Below, one piece after another: positions 12,736-24,919 of a stretch of 64,000 nucleotides of DNA (position 1 is the first letter of the stretch; every line of letters begins with the position of its first letter). Origin of the DNA: Atractiella rhizophila (lineage: Eukaryota); the NCBI GenBank assembly GCA_021432655.1, contig MU271213.1:1-64000 (forward strand), in the 5' to 3' direction. Both the position numbers and the translations under genes were made by a program. Below the pieces are notes generated by a model. It had not been told where the DNA came from and searched no databases. It saw only the letters and a list, made by a program, of their open reading frames with translations.

Positions 12736-14444
12736 CTCGTCTGATTGATGTCGGTCGTTCTAAGCAAGATATGGTACTCTAACCAACAATTAGGGTGTTG
12801 CCACAACAAAGTGAGGCGACGGGGTTTTATAAATTTGAGATGAGACTCAGTGAGGTGTCATGACTTGGACAACAGCACTTTCAAACTCCTTCTTTTTCTG
12901 TCTCGTTGTGTACGAAGCTAATACGAAGGAACTGGGAGGAATGTAGACGCAAAGTAGAGAGGACGGTGCAGAGCAGCTCATGGTGGTAGGACTCAACACA
13001 ACCTTGTCACAAGGCATACCCATTCAAGTTCCCAGAACTCGGACACACTGTTGTATTACTTCCTACCGAAACGACATCTCATTGATCCCCAGCTGACACA
13101 CTGCGCTGGGAGGCCGCCGCAGACTCCTCCAAGCTCCACACTTGAGGTTCCCATTCAAGGTCATGGCAATGGTGCGGCGACGAGAACGCAAAGACACGGC
13201 CAGATGGAAACTACGATAAATGGCGCACCAGATTCACTGCTTCGATGCTTTTATTCTTCTTGTCTTGTGCTTTGCTAGATATGCAGAAAGCTAAAAGCGT
13301 CCTTTGCTACTTTCAGCAGGCAGCCTGAGGATCGAGAATCGTCGACAAATACAGGCAACCGAGGTGGCGGGGAAGGAGTACAGCGAGGAATATGCAACAG
13401 ATCAAGGGGGGAACAAGGGATGAGGTGGAGCATATATAAGGTGCAGGGTCGCAGATACATGGAGTTTTGAGCCTGAGGAGATATGAACGTAAACCACATC
13501 AGGGCTCAGGTGAATATTTCTTTTGTCTGCTTGAGCACACAGAGTCCGAGGAAAAAGAAGTTTTGCCTCAATTTTTCAACGTTGGAGAAACACTAGGATA
13601 TTGCTGTCTACATTTTCTGTCAAAAATCCATTGAAGTAATTGAGAAGCGGATAACATGTCATGACTCTTCTACTATTTATCTCTTCTTCCCCATCTTAAG
13701 TAATGCCAATGTCACCTTGACGTTTTGCGGTATCGAATGAGCGCGCAGGGATGGTCGAGTTTAGGATGAGAGCAGGAAACAGCGTTGAATCGATTAGTTA
13801 AATGCTCCATGCTTCCTCTTTTGAACATTCGCCCTGTGTCTAGATTCGCACCGAATCGTTTGTGATCAACTAGTGTTTACAACAGAGCCAATAAGCTTGA
13901 GATGATACCTTTACGGCGGAAACAATTCCAGGAGAAGGAACGTGAGCGCAAGTCAAGCCGCGTCACGCTCTGCTTTTTCGAATTTGGCAGCGATGTAACT
14001 TTTCTGAAAAGCGGCACGTTCCTCTCTTTTCGACTACGCTACTTGTGCGATGCAAGCTGGCGAAAGCGGACCGGAGTCAACTGCAGAAACCTTTCGTTCA
14101 TGGGCTCGTTTCTGACTGGAGGAGGATGAAGTGAAAGACTTCGTTGAAGAGTTGTGTTCAGACCGCCTACTACGGACAGTCTCTAGTTCTCCTCCGGCTC
14201 CCGGACTGCCACCATCGGGAAGTGCTGTTTGCGGGAAGTGACATTTTCTTGGCTAGTATGGCCCGGATTCTCAATTTCTTGGTAAAACGTGGAAGTATCC
14301 ATCATGGTTATCAAACGATAGGCAGCTTCTCCTCCGAGTTAGCTTTAAAGGCGTTGGCGCTTTAGCGTCGATCCGCCACCCGCCATCCCTTCATCCCTTC
14401 GGATTTCGACTTCACTCCCTTTTGAAGCTTCTTTGCTCGCCACC

Positions 14445-16576
14445 ATGAGATCTGCTGTGACTCTCTCCTTCCTCGCGACAGCTGCTCTTGCAAAGGACTC
14501 TCTCCTCTCCAGAAGGGTTCAGAGTGAGGGTAGTGCATTGAATAAGAGGTTTGTGGATGCGGCTGGGAACTACGTGAGTTCCGTCCTTTCCTTTTGATAC
14601 ACCACTAAAGTACGGCTGGGAGGATAGAACGTGACCTTTATCCACACGAATGACATCCACGCTCACCTGGATGAGTGGCGAGCTGGACGGGGAACGGATT
14701 GCACTCAGGGAAGTGAGTGCATCGCTGGATATCCCAGGATCAAGGCGACGATCCAGAGGCTGAAAAACGAGACACAAGACGCTATTGTTCTCGATGCTGG
14801 AGACGAGTTCCAGGGGACGCTTTTCTTCTCTTTTTATGGAGGAGAAAAGATCAGTCAGGCAGTCAACGAGGTCGGATACGACCTCTTTACTCTCGGAAAC
14901 GTAAGTCGTCGTCCTACTCCTGTTAAACAAACACGTCGTGAAGCTGCTTTGACTTGTCTAGCACGAGTTCGATAAAGGCTTGGGAGAGCTCGGAGCGTTC
15001 CTCAATAACCTCACATTCCCAACTGTCTGCGCCAACCTCGTCACAAACGATACCAAGGTATCTGCCGCTGTCAAGCCTTACCATGTCTTCGAGCAGCACT
15101 CGCTTGGCGTCATTGGAGTGATTACGCCGGATACGAAAGGAACATCGAGCGGCGCGGGTCCCGGAACTGACTTCTTGGTGAATCCAGCCTGCTTTATTTC
15201 TAAGGGATAGGAAGCTGAAATTGGCATATGGATGAATAGGACCCAGTAGAAACAGTTCAAAAGTATGTCGATGAGCTGACGGCGATGAATATCAGCCGTA
15301 TCGTCGCCCTCACACACATTGGCTACGACAAGGATATTGAGCTTGCTCAGAAGACTCGAGGGCTCGATCTCGTGCGTTTCTACAATCCATTTCACATTAT
15401 TTCTTCTCCTCACCCCTCTTCCTCCTCCAACAGATCGTCGGAGCGCACAGTCACACTCCCCTTGGACCAAAATCCGTTTTACCCGAGTCCGTTGGACCTT
15501 ACCCGACGATTGCGAACAACTCGGATGGCGAAGAAGTGTTCATTGTCACCTCCTACCGTTGGGGAGAGGTTGTGGGGCGTATGAACGTGGCTTGGGACAG
15601 CACCGGTAAGATCGTGTCGTACGAGGGAGAGCCGATCCGTCTGTCCAATACGACGAGCGAGGATGCGACGCTCAAGGCGGAGGTGGCGGAGTGGAGGCAG
15701 CCATTTGATGAACTTGCAAAGCAAGGTGTGTTTGATTCTTTTATTGTATGATGAGGATGATTATTAATGGCTGATTGTATTTGAATAATAGTCGTTGGTC
15801 AGACAACCAGCCCGCTTGAGCAGGCTAACTGTCAGCAATCTGAATGCACGCTTGGAGATGTTATCACCGATGCGATGTACGACTATCGTATCTCAGCCGG
15901 CGGAGTAGTTGGTCCGTCTCTATCGCATTTCCCCCTTCCCCAACCTGAAAACAAGAACACAGATGGAGCCATCATCAATGCCGGCGGTATTCGCGCGTCA
16001 ATCGACGCTGGAGACGTAACACAAGGAGAGGTTCTTACCTCCTTCCCTTTCCTCAATGCAGTGTGCGACTTGACTTTCACCGGACAACAACTGTGGGATA
16101 TCTTTGAAGGAATCTGCTCGGGCACCTCGAACGTAACCAACCATGAAGTGACGTCTTTCGTTCAAGTTTCCAAGACCATCAAGTTCGCATGGAACGCACA
16201 GAACCCCATCGGCTCCCGTCTCATCTCCTTCAACATCGGCGGTCAACCTCTGGACCTCTCCAAGACGTATACCATCGCCGCCCTCGACTTCCTCGCGACT
16301 GGAGGAGACTACTTCTGGCCAGCCCGCACGGATTTCGTGGCCCTTGGGACGTTGGATGAAATACTCACTGATTATTTGGAAAAGGCTTCTCCCATCGATC
16401 AGAAGGTAGAGGGAAGGATCATCGAGAGTACGGCGACGGAGGTTGACCAGCAAGCTGTCATTGGGAATAGCACCTCTGGAGGTGGTGGTGGGAATAGTTC
16501 TGCCACCTCCTTGAGCGTTAGTGCGATTGGAGCCACGACGCTCCTGTTCTTGCTCGGAATTGTGATGGCCGTTTAG
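14445..16576 (+). CDS. Secreted/GPI-anchored 5'-nucleotidase (metallophosphoesterase + 5'-nucleotidase C domain)
   Basis: Signal peptide MRSAVTLSFLATAALA; motifs HTNDIHAH, DAGDEFQG, GN|HEFD, LTHIG, GAHSH, NAGGIR; Ser/Gly linker and hydrophobic C-terminal tail. Confidence 0.92.
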
Positions 16577-16932
16577 CATGCTGTCCAGTAGCAGTTCTAT
16601 ACAGTTTTAATACATATGTTATTACTCCTCCGTCTCGCAGCCTGGACAGTCGTTCGACCATACATCTTCGTCCTCTGAGATCAGCTGGTGATGCTCTACC
16701 ACTATCCGCCTTACCTATCATGTCCCTTGCTTTCTTTCTATGAAATTTAATGCACAAGTCGCCAAGATAACGCGGTTGTTAACAAACTTCGAGGGAGCTT
16801 CGGGAAAGTTCGAAGATCGCGACTGGTCACGTGCAAGGGGAAACAATCATCAGCACATAACGCCTCTCGAATTTTGAAGATCAAGTTTCCGTCTGCTTTG
16901 GCAATTATACCACTTTATTTCAGCGCACCATC

Positions 16933-19563
16933 ATGCCCCGAGCAGCCGACAAGAAGCGCGCCAAAGCGAAGGCTGCTGCCACGACACCGGCTCCCGCTTC
17001 TCCTGCAACAGCAGAGACGAACGGCGAGACGAGCGCCACGAACACGAACAAAGAAAGGTGCTGTCCTTCTTGCCCTTCTTATGGCCTTCTCTACTTCAAG
17101 TCACGAAATACTGACTATATATATTACAGCGCACCCGTCTTTGGTTCGACCTCAGCTGCTGGCACGAGCGCTTTCACGTTCTCCTCCACGCCTATGCCGC
17201 AGAAGCCTCCACCGGCACCACGAACGAAATCTAACGCTAACGGCAAACCAAAGGAAGGGATACGAGCACCTAGTAGCGATAGCAGCGATATGGGACAGGA
17301 AGAGGAAGAGGATGTGGAGATGAAAGATGTGGAGGCGGAGGCAGAGGTGCTGAGTGAGGCGGAAAGGGCGGAAAAGGTCAAAGAGGAAGGGAATGATTTC
17401 TTCAGGAAGGGAGGGGAGGACAACTGGAAAGCTGCGATTGGGTGCTATACTAGGGCTATTGGTAAGCACTCAGTCTTCACTATAATGCGGGGCGTTCTAC
17501 TTGTTCCTTTACAATGCCATGGAAGACCCTGTCGTAGCTGTCTGAGCAGTGCGTAAACAATAGGAGGACTTGTTTCTCTTTCTATGGGCATATTTAATCC
17601 TATTAGTACATTGGTTCCATAGCATTACAGATGGGCAGATTGATTGCATGCAACTCATGCAATGGACAAGCAAGGCTGGCACCTGTCCTTTTTGATGCTA
17701 CTCTGTCAGGGATGACCCAGGACAATTTACAATGTCAATGGGGTTGACTTCAAACATGCCACATCATTTCATCCCCTTACTCTGGCTAGCCTCGCTTCCT
17801 TGCTTACATCACTCTGTCCTTATCCCCAAGACGGGGTGGCGCGTGCCGTGCGCATACATTCAAAACAGTCACTACAGCGGTTAACTCTTGTTTAATCAGA
17901 ACTATGTCCCACCAACTCTTCCTACCTCTCCAATAGGGCAGCCGCCCTCGTCTCCCTGCGTCGACATTCCGAAGCCGCTGCTGACTGCGAAGCCGCCATC
18001 GCACTTCCTCACTTCCTCACCCTCCCGCCGGCCACACGTCTAAAAACGCTTCTCCGATTAGGACGGTGTTATCTAGCACTCGCAGACCCCTTACGCGCAC
18101 TATCACAGTTTTCTGTAGCACTGGGATTGGATGCGGCGAACGCACCGGTGAGGAATGAGATGAGGAGGGCGGAGATGATGAAGGCTCATTTGGAGAATGT
18201 GAAGAGGAAGAGGGAGGAAGGAGATTGGAGCATGGTCCTCTTCGCTCTTGATAAGGTCGAACGGGAAGGAGGGGTGGAGCAAACTCCGTTGGAGTGGAAG
18301 ACGTGGAGGTTGGAGGCGCTGGTTCATCGAGACAGGTTCGATGACGCGCGGGGTCTTGCTACGTATGTCTTTCAGCTGCTTCTTTGAGATTTTTGAGAGC
18401 GTGACTGTTGGTTGCAGGGATTTGTTGAGGGCCGCACCATCCAATCCAGAGCTGCTATACCTTAGGGGTCTCATCTTATACCATACAGATAAAAGCATGC
18501 AACAAGCAATATCACATTGTCGAAACGCTTTACAAAACGATCCGGACTTCACCAAGGCGAGGTATGCTGTTCCACTTCCCGCCATCTCTTCTCTGTTCTG
18601 ATAAAGCTGGTGTGGTGGCATGAAGATTGCTGATGCGTCAAGCACAAAAGCTGGAAAACTTACGGACGGAGGGTAACGACTTTTTCGCGAAGAAGGAGGA
18701 TAGGAATGCAGTGGAGAAGTATACCGAGGCGTTGGGCCTGGAGTTGAAGAACCGGACTGTGGTCCAGATCCTTTATTCCAACCGTGCACTATGCTATCAA
18801 CGGGTTCGTCATCCCACCTTTCCCTCAATGTGAAGGAGTTGATTCGAATGTGATGTTTGGGGATAAAAGCTAAAGGAATGGGACCTCGCCCTCGCAGACT
18901 GCAACTCTTGTCTCGCCATGGACTCGTCTAACTTCAAAGCCCTACGCACACGAGCGCGGGTATACCAGGCGATGGAGAACTATGAAGCGGCAGTCCAAGA
19001 TTTTAAAGCTGCTTTTCAGGAGTCGGGCGATGGAAGTGCAGAAGAGGGGAAGTTGAGAAATGAGTTGAGGGAGGCGGAACTGCTTTTAAAGAAGAGCAAA
19101 AGGAAGAATTATTATAAGATTCTGGGAGGCATACCAGAGACGGCGACGGACGATGAGATCAAGAAGGCTTATAGGAAGGAGAGTTTGAAACATCATCCGG
19201 ATAAGGGAGGAGATGAGGACAAATTCAAAGAAGTTCGTCGTTTTTCAATAAAAAGAAAACTGAGTTTCATTGATGTTTGGCTTGTGAATGTAGTTGGGAG
19301 AAGCATATGCCGTGCTCTCAGATCCTCAACGGCGTCGTCGATACGATGCAGGCTATGACGAAAGTGATCCATCAGGAGGGATGGAAGACATGTTTGGTGC
19401 TGGAGGAATGCATGGACATCCTGGCTTCGGCGTCAACTTGGAGGATTTATTCGGTGCCCAATTTATGGGAGGGGGCATGGGAGGTGGAGGAAGCAGAAGG
19501 AGAGGAGGCGGCCACAGTCATTTCCACTCCCATTCCTCGTTTGGAAATTCCTACGGTTTTTGA
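16933..19563 (+). CDS. DNAJC7: DnaJ subfamily C member 7-like TPR + J-domain co-chaperone
   Basis: TPR repeats ([33 protein letters not shown]); J domain with HHPDKGG; Gly/Phe-rich tail. Confidence 0.9.
17465..17861 (+). ncRNA. Candidate intronic structured RNA(s), H/ACA snoRNA-like
   Basis: Lies in a 438-nt intron (17462-17899); hairpin-ANANNA-hairpin-ACA layout occurs twice (H 17555-60/ACA 17608-10; H 17806-11/ACA 17856-58). Confidence 0.35.
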
Positions 19564-19760
19564 GCAGTCGTTAGAGCATTTGCCATTTCATGCAATTTGT
19601 ATAGCACATTTAGCATAAGCAGTGCCCAGATGAACGTTAACATTAATTTTCTCTGCCTTCATGAGAATAATTAAATTTGTCAATTGTACGTGTGCGTTGA
19701 CATCTACTAAATGAATCTAAACATCGGCTTTCACCATCATCATGAGTGACTAGCGACGGG

Positions 19761-21507
19761 TCACTTTGATTTTTCCAAAGCCTTCTGCTCCCTCCTCCTA
19801 ACCCACACCTGGAACAAAGGCAGAGTGATCAAATTGAGAGCAATCCATGCTAACAGGATTCCGAAGTTGAGCGAGAGGTCGTTCTTGGTTCCAAAGAGGA
19901 TCGTTCTGACTGCTCGATTCACGTTGTATGCTGGCCATGCTTTGCCTGATCAAGCCTGAACGTCAGTGCAGACCTATGTGCGACTGGAAGAGGACTTGCC
20001 GTATTGGAAAACGGAAGGTAGTAGGTCGAAAGGTAGGAGGGAAACGGAGACATTGGTGAGGAGGATGAGAATGAAGAAAGGCGGTAGGTATCTTCATACA
20101 CCTTCAGTGAGCGGATGAGCATCAGAGGTATGAAGGGCTCACAGTGTTGTAACGAGAGTAACGACACTTTGGAGCGATAAACCAATGGCCGTAATGCTCA
20201 AAAAGAGAGCAAGCCAGTAAAGCATGAATCCTCCTCCGCCGAAACTATCAAATTGTCAACTTGTGAACAAGTATGGAACATCGAAATCGGGCTTACTGTC
20301 TGTAAAAGTCCCCTCTGAAGGCGACACCCAGGATGGCAAATGACCACGAGATCCACCAATAATACCAGAAACTGATAGCGAGACGGACGAGGATCAAGCT
20401 GCGAGTGTTGAGCCAAGATGCCACTATCACTTGCATGTTCGTCGTGATAAGGGAAGTTTGAAAAGCAAAGACCATCACATAGATGAGTCCGACCTAAACA
20501 TGCTTCTGATTAAATCACCTTTGTGGAAAAATGCGGTGAGACGTACGAAGGTCAAAGCAGTGGCGAGGGGAATATCATAAGGGTGCAAATTCACCATGGT
20601 ATATGAGACCGGGTTGACAAGAAGGTCAATAGGGGTTTCGCTAACTCTTGCTGTGTTGGAAGAATTCGCGAGCCAGTTCGTTGTGTACTCCCTCCTCAAA
20701 TCCAGCGAAACATTCTGCAAAATCGCCGTCGTGAGGGGTACTACGAAATTTCCCGCTGCCAATTCGTTCCTCGCCTGACTGTAGACGACAGAGATCGTAT
20801 CTTCAGGAACCCATTGATCAGCACCGTTCCCCTGCAAGGCAGCCTCCAGCTCAGCAGTCGCATCCCTCTTAACGACCACGACTGCCCAAGCGTGCTCTTT
20901 CTCAACTGCCCGCTTCGCCGCTGCAAGTGCCTCATTCGTGCTCCAAGAGGAGTTGAATTCGGTTTCTGGGAAAGAATGCCACCCCAGCCAGAACTTGGAG
21001 TGAGCAGGTCCGGTGCCGTGCACGTGTGTCCCTTTGTTCGATGAGAGGAGAGCATTGGATACAGCGTTCCCGACGGCAGCGTTATCAAGGGAGAGCACGA
21101 GAGCTCGGAGGTTGGGGACAAGAGCGTATTCGCGGTAGAGAGAACCCCAGTAACTGTAGAATTTGAAGCAACTTTTAGGTGCGATCAAGGCGTGTCGAGG
21201 AGATGATGACATACAAAGGCATAGCAACGAAGAGTTGCAATAAAAGGATTGCCAACGCCCTCAGAAAGGCCGCCTTCAGGTACATCCTCCGCTGGGGTGC
21301 TATTGCAGGATCCCAAAAGTTGTGACTGAACTTCTGAGGTTGATTTGGCTGTTGCGCTCGCTGGTTCTCCAAATCTGTTTCTTGGAGATCCATCTCTTTC
21401 TTCTCCGCCTCTTTCTCATTCACCAAATCCTTTCGATCGTTATCTGTGGACTGGACCGTCAACGAGCTTGATCGGCTCATTGCTTCTGGGCGTTTCTCTT
21501 CAGACAT
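19761..21507 (-). CDS. SNG1-like DUF3533 membrane protein
   Basis: YWGSLY after the first TM, lumenal loop with AWAVVVV and YSQARNE, C-terminal TM exons with PFSNTASP..YNVSRAVRTILFGTKNDLSLNFGILLAW. Confidence 0.85.
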
Positions 21508-21899
21508 TTGACTTGGGCTAGATGCAAATTCGTGATTGACAGGCAAACTGAGGAGACATCGTGCTTTTATCCGCCTCAGATGAATGTCGAGGCAGGTAAT
21601 AGAAGGTGAAATGGTGCATTGTGCACAAGGATGGAAGAAGCTGATGCATCAGCACCCGCGGCGTGCACGGTCCGCGCTTCACCTTACCTCAAATAAACAG
21701 GTAGCAGCTCGATGGATACGGCTACAACGGAAGGAGTTTATGGACCCATCTCTTACAAGGGATTTGGTGATGTGTTAGCCTACTCAGCGCACACTCAGCA
21801 TGACCACGGACAGACAGCTGAACCACTCGCACCAACATTGGACGGGTATTTCGGCGGACGTGGGCAGTTGCGACCCCACCGAAGACGGATCTCAAAGGG

Positions 21900-23450
21900 G
21901 CGTCTTCCTCAAATCCCAAACTGTTCTTCAATCAATCTGCTTCAATCTTCTCCATCGTCGGCTGTCTCGTCGAAGTTGCGGTCGCTCCGATGACTCACTC
22001 CGAAGCTGTTCTGCGGTGAGGACTAGATCTGTCAAGCCTGCGTCGCAGCGGGATTGTAGAGTATATAATGTGTGCTCTTGGAAGTAAGAAGAAATCGCCC
22101 TCTGGATCCTTGGAGCGAAAATCTGAAAGGGTCCCAAAGAAATGCACTTCTTATCGAGATTTGCCATTCTTCTCTCAGGCATAATCTTCCCTCTCTCCTG
22201 TAAAGCAATCACAGCTGGCGCTGAGATTATCTGTCCAAACGACGTGACAGATGATTGTGGACGTTGTTCATGTAGTTGGCTTGGGGACATTTCAAGCTTG
22301 TGCGTCTCTTTCACACTTTGTTTGTTCAGGTTGTAACAGTCCAGTAGACAAAACGATTGTCCTTCCACTTGTATATTCCAATCCACATCCGCTCGGGTCA
22401 GTTAAGTTAACGAGATACCGCAGGCAATCAAAAATGCAAATGCGTACAGCAAGAAGTTCAATTCGTGTCCATTTTTTTCAAACGGAAATCGATAGAGGGT
22501 TTCACCTGAATTTGTTGGCATCGCAAAGTAAGGCCGTACAGGGTTATTTCGAACTGAAGAGCACAGACATCAAGTGAAGGAAGCTCCTTTGCGATATGAT
22601 CAGATCATCTTAAAGAAGCATAAAGCGAGGCGAACAGTTCACTGAAAAACATCGCGGGAAAGCGACTTTGTTCGCACTGCGATACGACTTTGTTCGCACT
22701 CCGATGTTAGCATTCGAGCTATAGAAATGCACAAACCCCGCACATTATTGCCCTGTCACAATCAATGCAGAGTATAGTAGCCTTCTGACCCGAAATAACG
22801 ACGAAACATTCTCTGGGCTGTTGTGAAAGAATTCCGAACCAACTTGCGAAGAAGATACTGCCACGTTCATAAGTATAAATACAGTAATGTTATTCCATAT
22901 TTTTGGAAACAGATCCAGCCTGTTTGACCACACACCTATCGAAATCACGTTTCACGGTTTAATGTTGTGCAAAAAGTTCTCTGTCGGCGTTAATATCATC
23001 GGAGCCGATGGAAATATCCAGCATCTTCCTTACCGTTTACAATCAATATGGCGCTATTGGAAGGGATGTATGTTTAAACTAGCGTCCGCGGTCTTCTTGT
23101 GAGGTTTACATTACAGACTCATTTCACTGCTCAGAGTTGAACTCGTCGACACGACATGTTTCTGGATTATGATCTTGCAGAAAGATCATGCTATAACCAT
23201 ATACCAATTGCGTTGCGTCAGCGTGAACCTCACAGGGCGTTTTCAATCCTTGTCGTAATCCGTAACGACAGAGCAAAGAACATGCTCTCTGGCTCTCCCA
23301 TGATGCTCCCGTGGTTCTTCTTCTGAATCCTTACTTTAGCCTCGTTTATAGCTTTGCTTGGATTCCCAGTGGGTCGCATCAGGTGGATCAAACACTGGTC
23401 CGTGGTGCAAAATGTGAAGTCCATCATCTCTTCCTAGCTTTGAGAGCCCC
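21900..23450 (-). pseudogene. Possible decayed intron-poor coding sequence of unknown family
   Basis: Several medium minus-strand ORFs (21928-22386, 23230-23427) separated by stops; no recognisable motif. Confidence 0.2.
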
Positions 23451-23620
23451 AGAGAAAGCCTTACATCCCGCTGTGACTACAACACTCATATCTTAACCGA
23501 GTCGTGCAGGCCTGCTCTCGTCTTATCTTTTGCTGACTGTCTCAGACACCTGTTGGGGATGCCTGTTTATTTTGGCTGCTTCCTCATATTGTTTCTGACT
23601 TATCTTCCCACCGAAGAACC

Positions 23621-24820
23621 ATGCCACCATCATCGTCGCCAGCCTCACTACCCGATCTCCCAATCCCAGATGAACTCCTTTCACAAATCCTCACCCAACT
23701 GCATCGCCTCACCAAACAATCCATTTTCTTTGAAAACGCTACGGACCTGGCCACAGGCGATCTCCACCCGAGGAAAGCCATCGAGGAAGTAACAAGGACA
23801 CTCCTACCCCTAACATTGGTGGGCAAACGTTGGATACCACTCGTTCGTCGTGCAGCGGCGATGGAAGTCTCAATATCGACTGCGAGGTGTACCCTCCTTA
23901 TCAATGAAGGTCAAGAAGCCATGGGGATTAGCAGTGCATGGATTCGTTCACTCACTCTCCGAGAGAGTAATTCTACTTCAGATCAATCCATCGCACTGCG
24001 TGAGGACACTTTTCCCAACCTTGAATCTCTCACTCTCCTCAACTGGAAATTCGACGTCCCTTTCTCTGCAATTCACTCCTGCTCCCGCCTTCACAGCCTC
24101 TCCTATCATGGCGCAGACCTTCCTGAAGATCCTGCCAAACGACCGCACATTTTTCGTGGTGGGACTCAAGTCGGCTGCGCATACAGTCTGCGACGACTTT
24201 GCCTGACTAATGTTTCCTTTACCTTTTGGGGAAATGAACATTGGTTTCAGAAGCAGGCGGAAAGTGTCCAAGAGCTCCAGTTAGAGGATCACGGGATATT
24301 GGCGTTTGCAGGTTCTGATCCGTCTAGGGTGGAGATTGGACAGTCAGAGGAGGCATTCCTCTCTCTTTTTTTCACTCCAAAACTCAAAGCGCTGTCCCTT
24401 ACGACCTTCACCACTCTCACCCAGAAGCGACTAATGCAGCACATCAACGCTTGCAGTTCCCTCGTCCTCCTCAAGCTTGATATTGCCCTTCGGATCTTTT
24501 CCTACAGCTTAAGCGAACTCAAGTTGCCCTCGCTCCGTGTACTATTCCTCTACGGCAACGGCGTGAGAGGCGGCTTCGAATCCATCTCGAAGGCTGTAGG
24601 GAGGGATGATAGGTATATGGAAAGGATGGAAGAGTTAGTCGTCAGTGAAGAAGGGAAAGAGAATTTTCAGTTGACGATGGAGTGGATCTATGAACGGACA
24701 CCAGAACTGAAGGCCCTAATCAAGAGAGGTGTGAAGCTAACCTTCTTCAATGCTGGACAAGGAGCGAGATGGAGCTGGAGGGAGAAGCAGAGAACTATAC
24801 TTGAACCTGAATCAGTATGA
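23621..24820 (+). CDS. Intronless F-box-like / LRR (RNI-like) protein, 399 aa
   Basis: N-terminal LPIPDELLSQIL...LTLVGKRW F-box-like motif followed by LxxLxL repeats (FPNLESLTL, LHSLSY, LRRLCL, LPSLRVLFL). Confidence 0.75.
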   Translation: MPPSSSPASLPDLPIPDELLSQILTQLHRLTKQSIFFENATDLATGDLHPRKAIEEVTRTLLPLTLVGKRWIPLVRRAAAMEVSISTARCTLLINEGQEAMGISSAWIRSLTLRESNSTSDQSIALREDTFPNLESLTLLNWKFDVPFSAIHSCSRLHSLSYHGADLPEDPAKRPHIFRGGTQVGCAYSLRRLCLTNVSFTFWGNEHWFQKQAESVQELQLEDHGILAFAGSDPSRVEIGQSEEAFLSLFFTPKLKALSLTTFTTLTQKRLMQHINACSSLVLLKLDIALRIFSYSLSELKLPSLRVLFLYGNGVRGGFESISKAVGRDDRYMERMEELVVSEEGKENFQLTMEWIYERTPELKALIKRGVKLTFFNAGQGARWSWREKQRTILEPESV

Positions 24821-24919
24821 ATTTGTACTGCAGCGTATCAATTAACATGTCGTTTTAAACGTTAAAATTACTGCACTCCATCATCAATTCACAGTCCCAA
24901 GCGAGTTAAGTCCTTGGAT

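Noticed and set aside
15998..16579. Antisense ORFs over real genes (also 18103-18828, 53776-54360, 12275-12748)
   Set aside because: They overlap well-supported genes on the other strand, are explained by codon bias and carry no motifs
17462..17899. TPP riboswitch, RNase P/MRP, SRP, U17/snR30 or telomerase RNA
   Set aside because: I could not find their diagnostic motifs by eye; retained only as a generic H/ACA-like candidate
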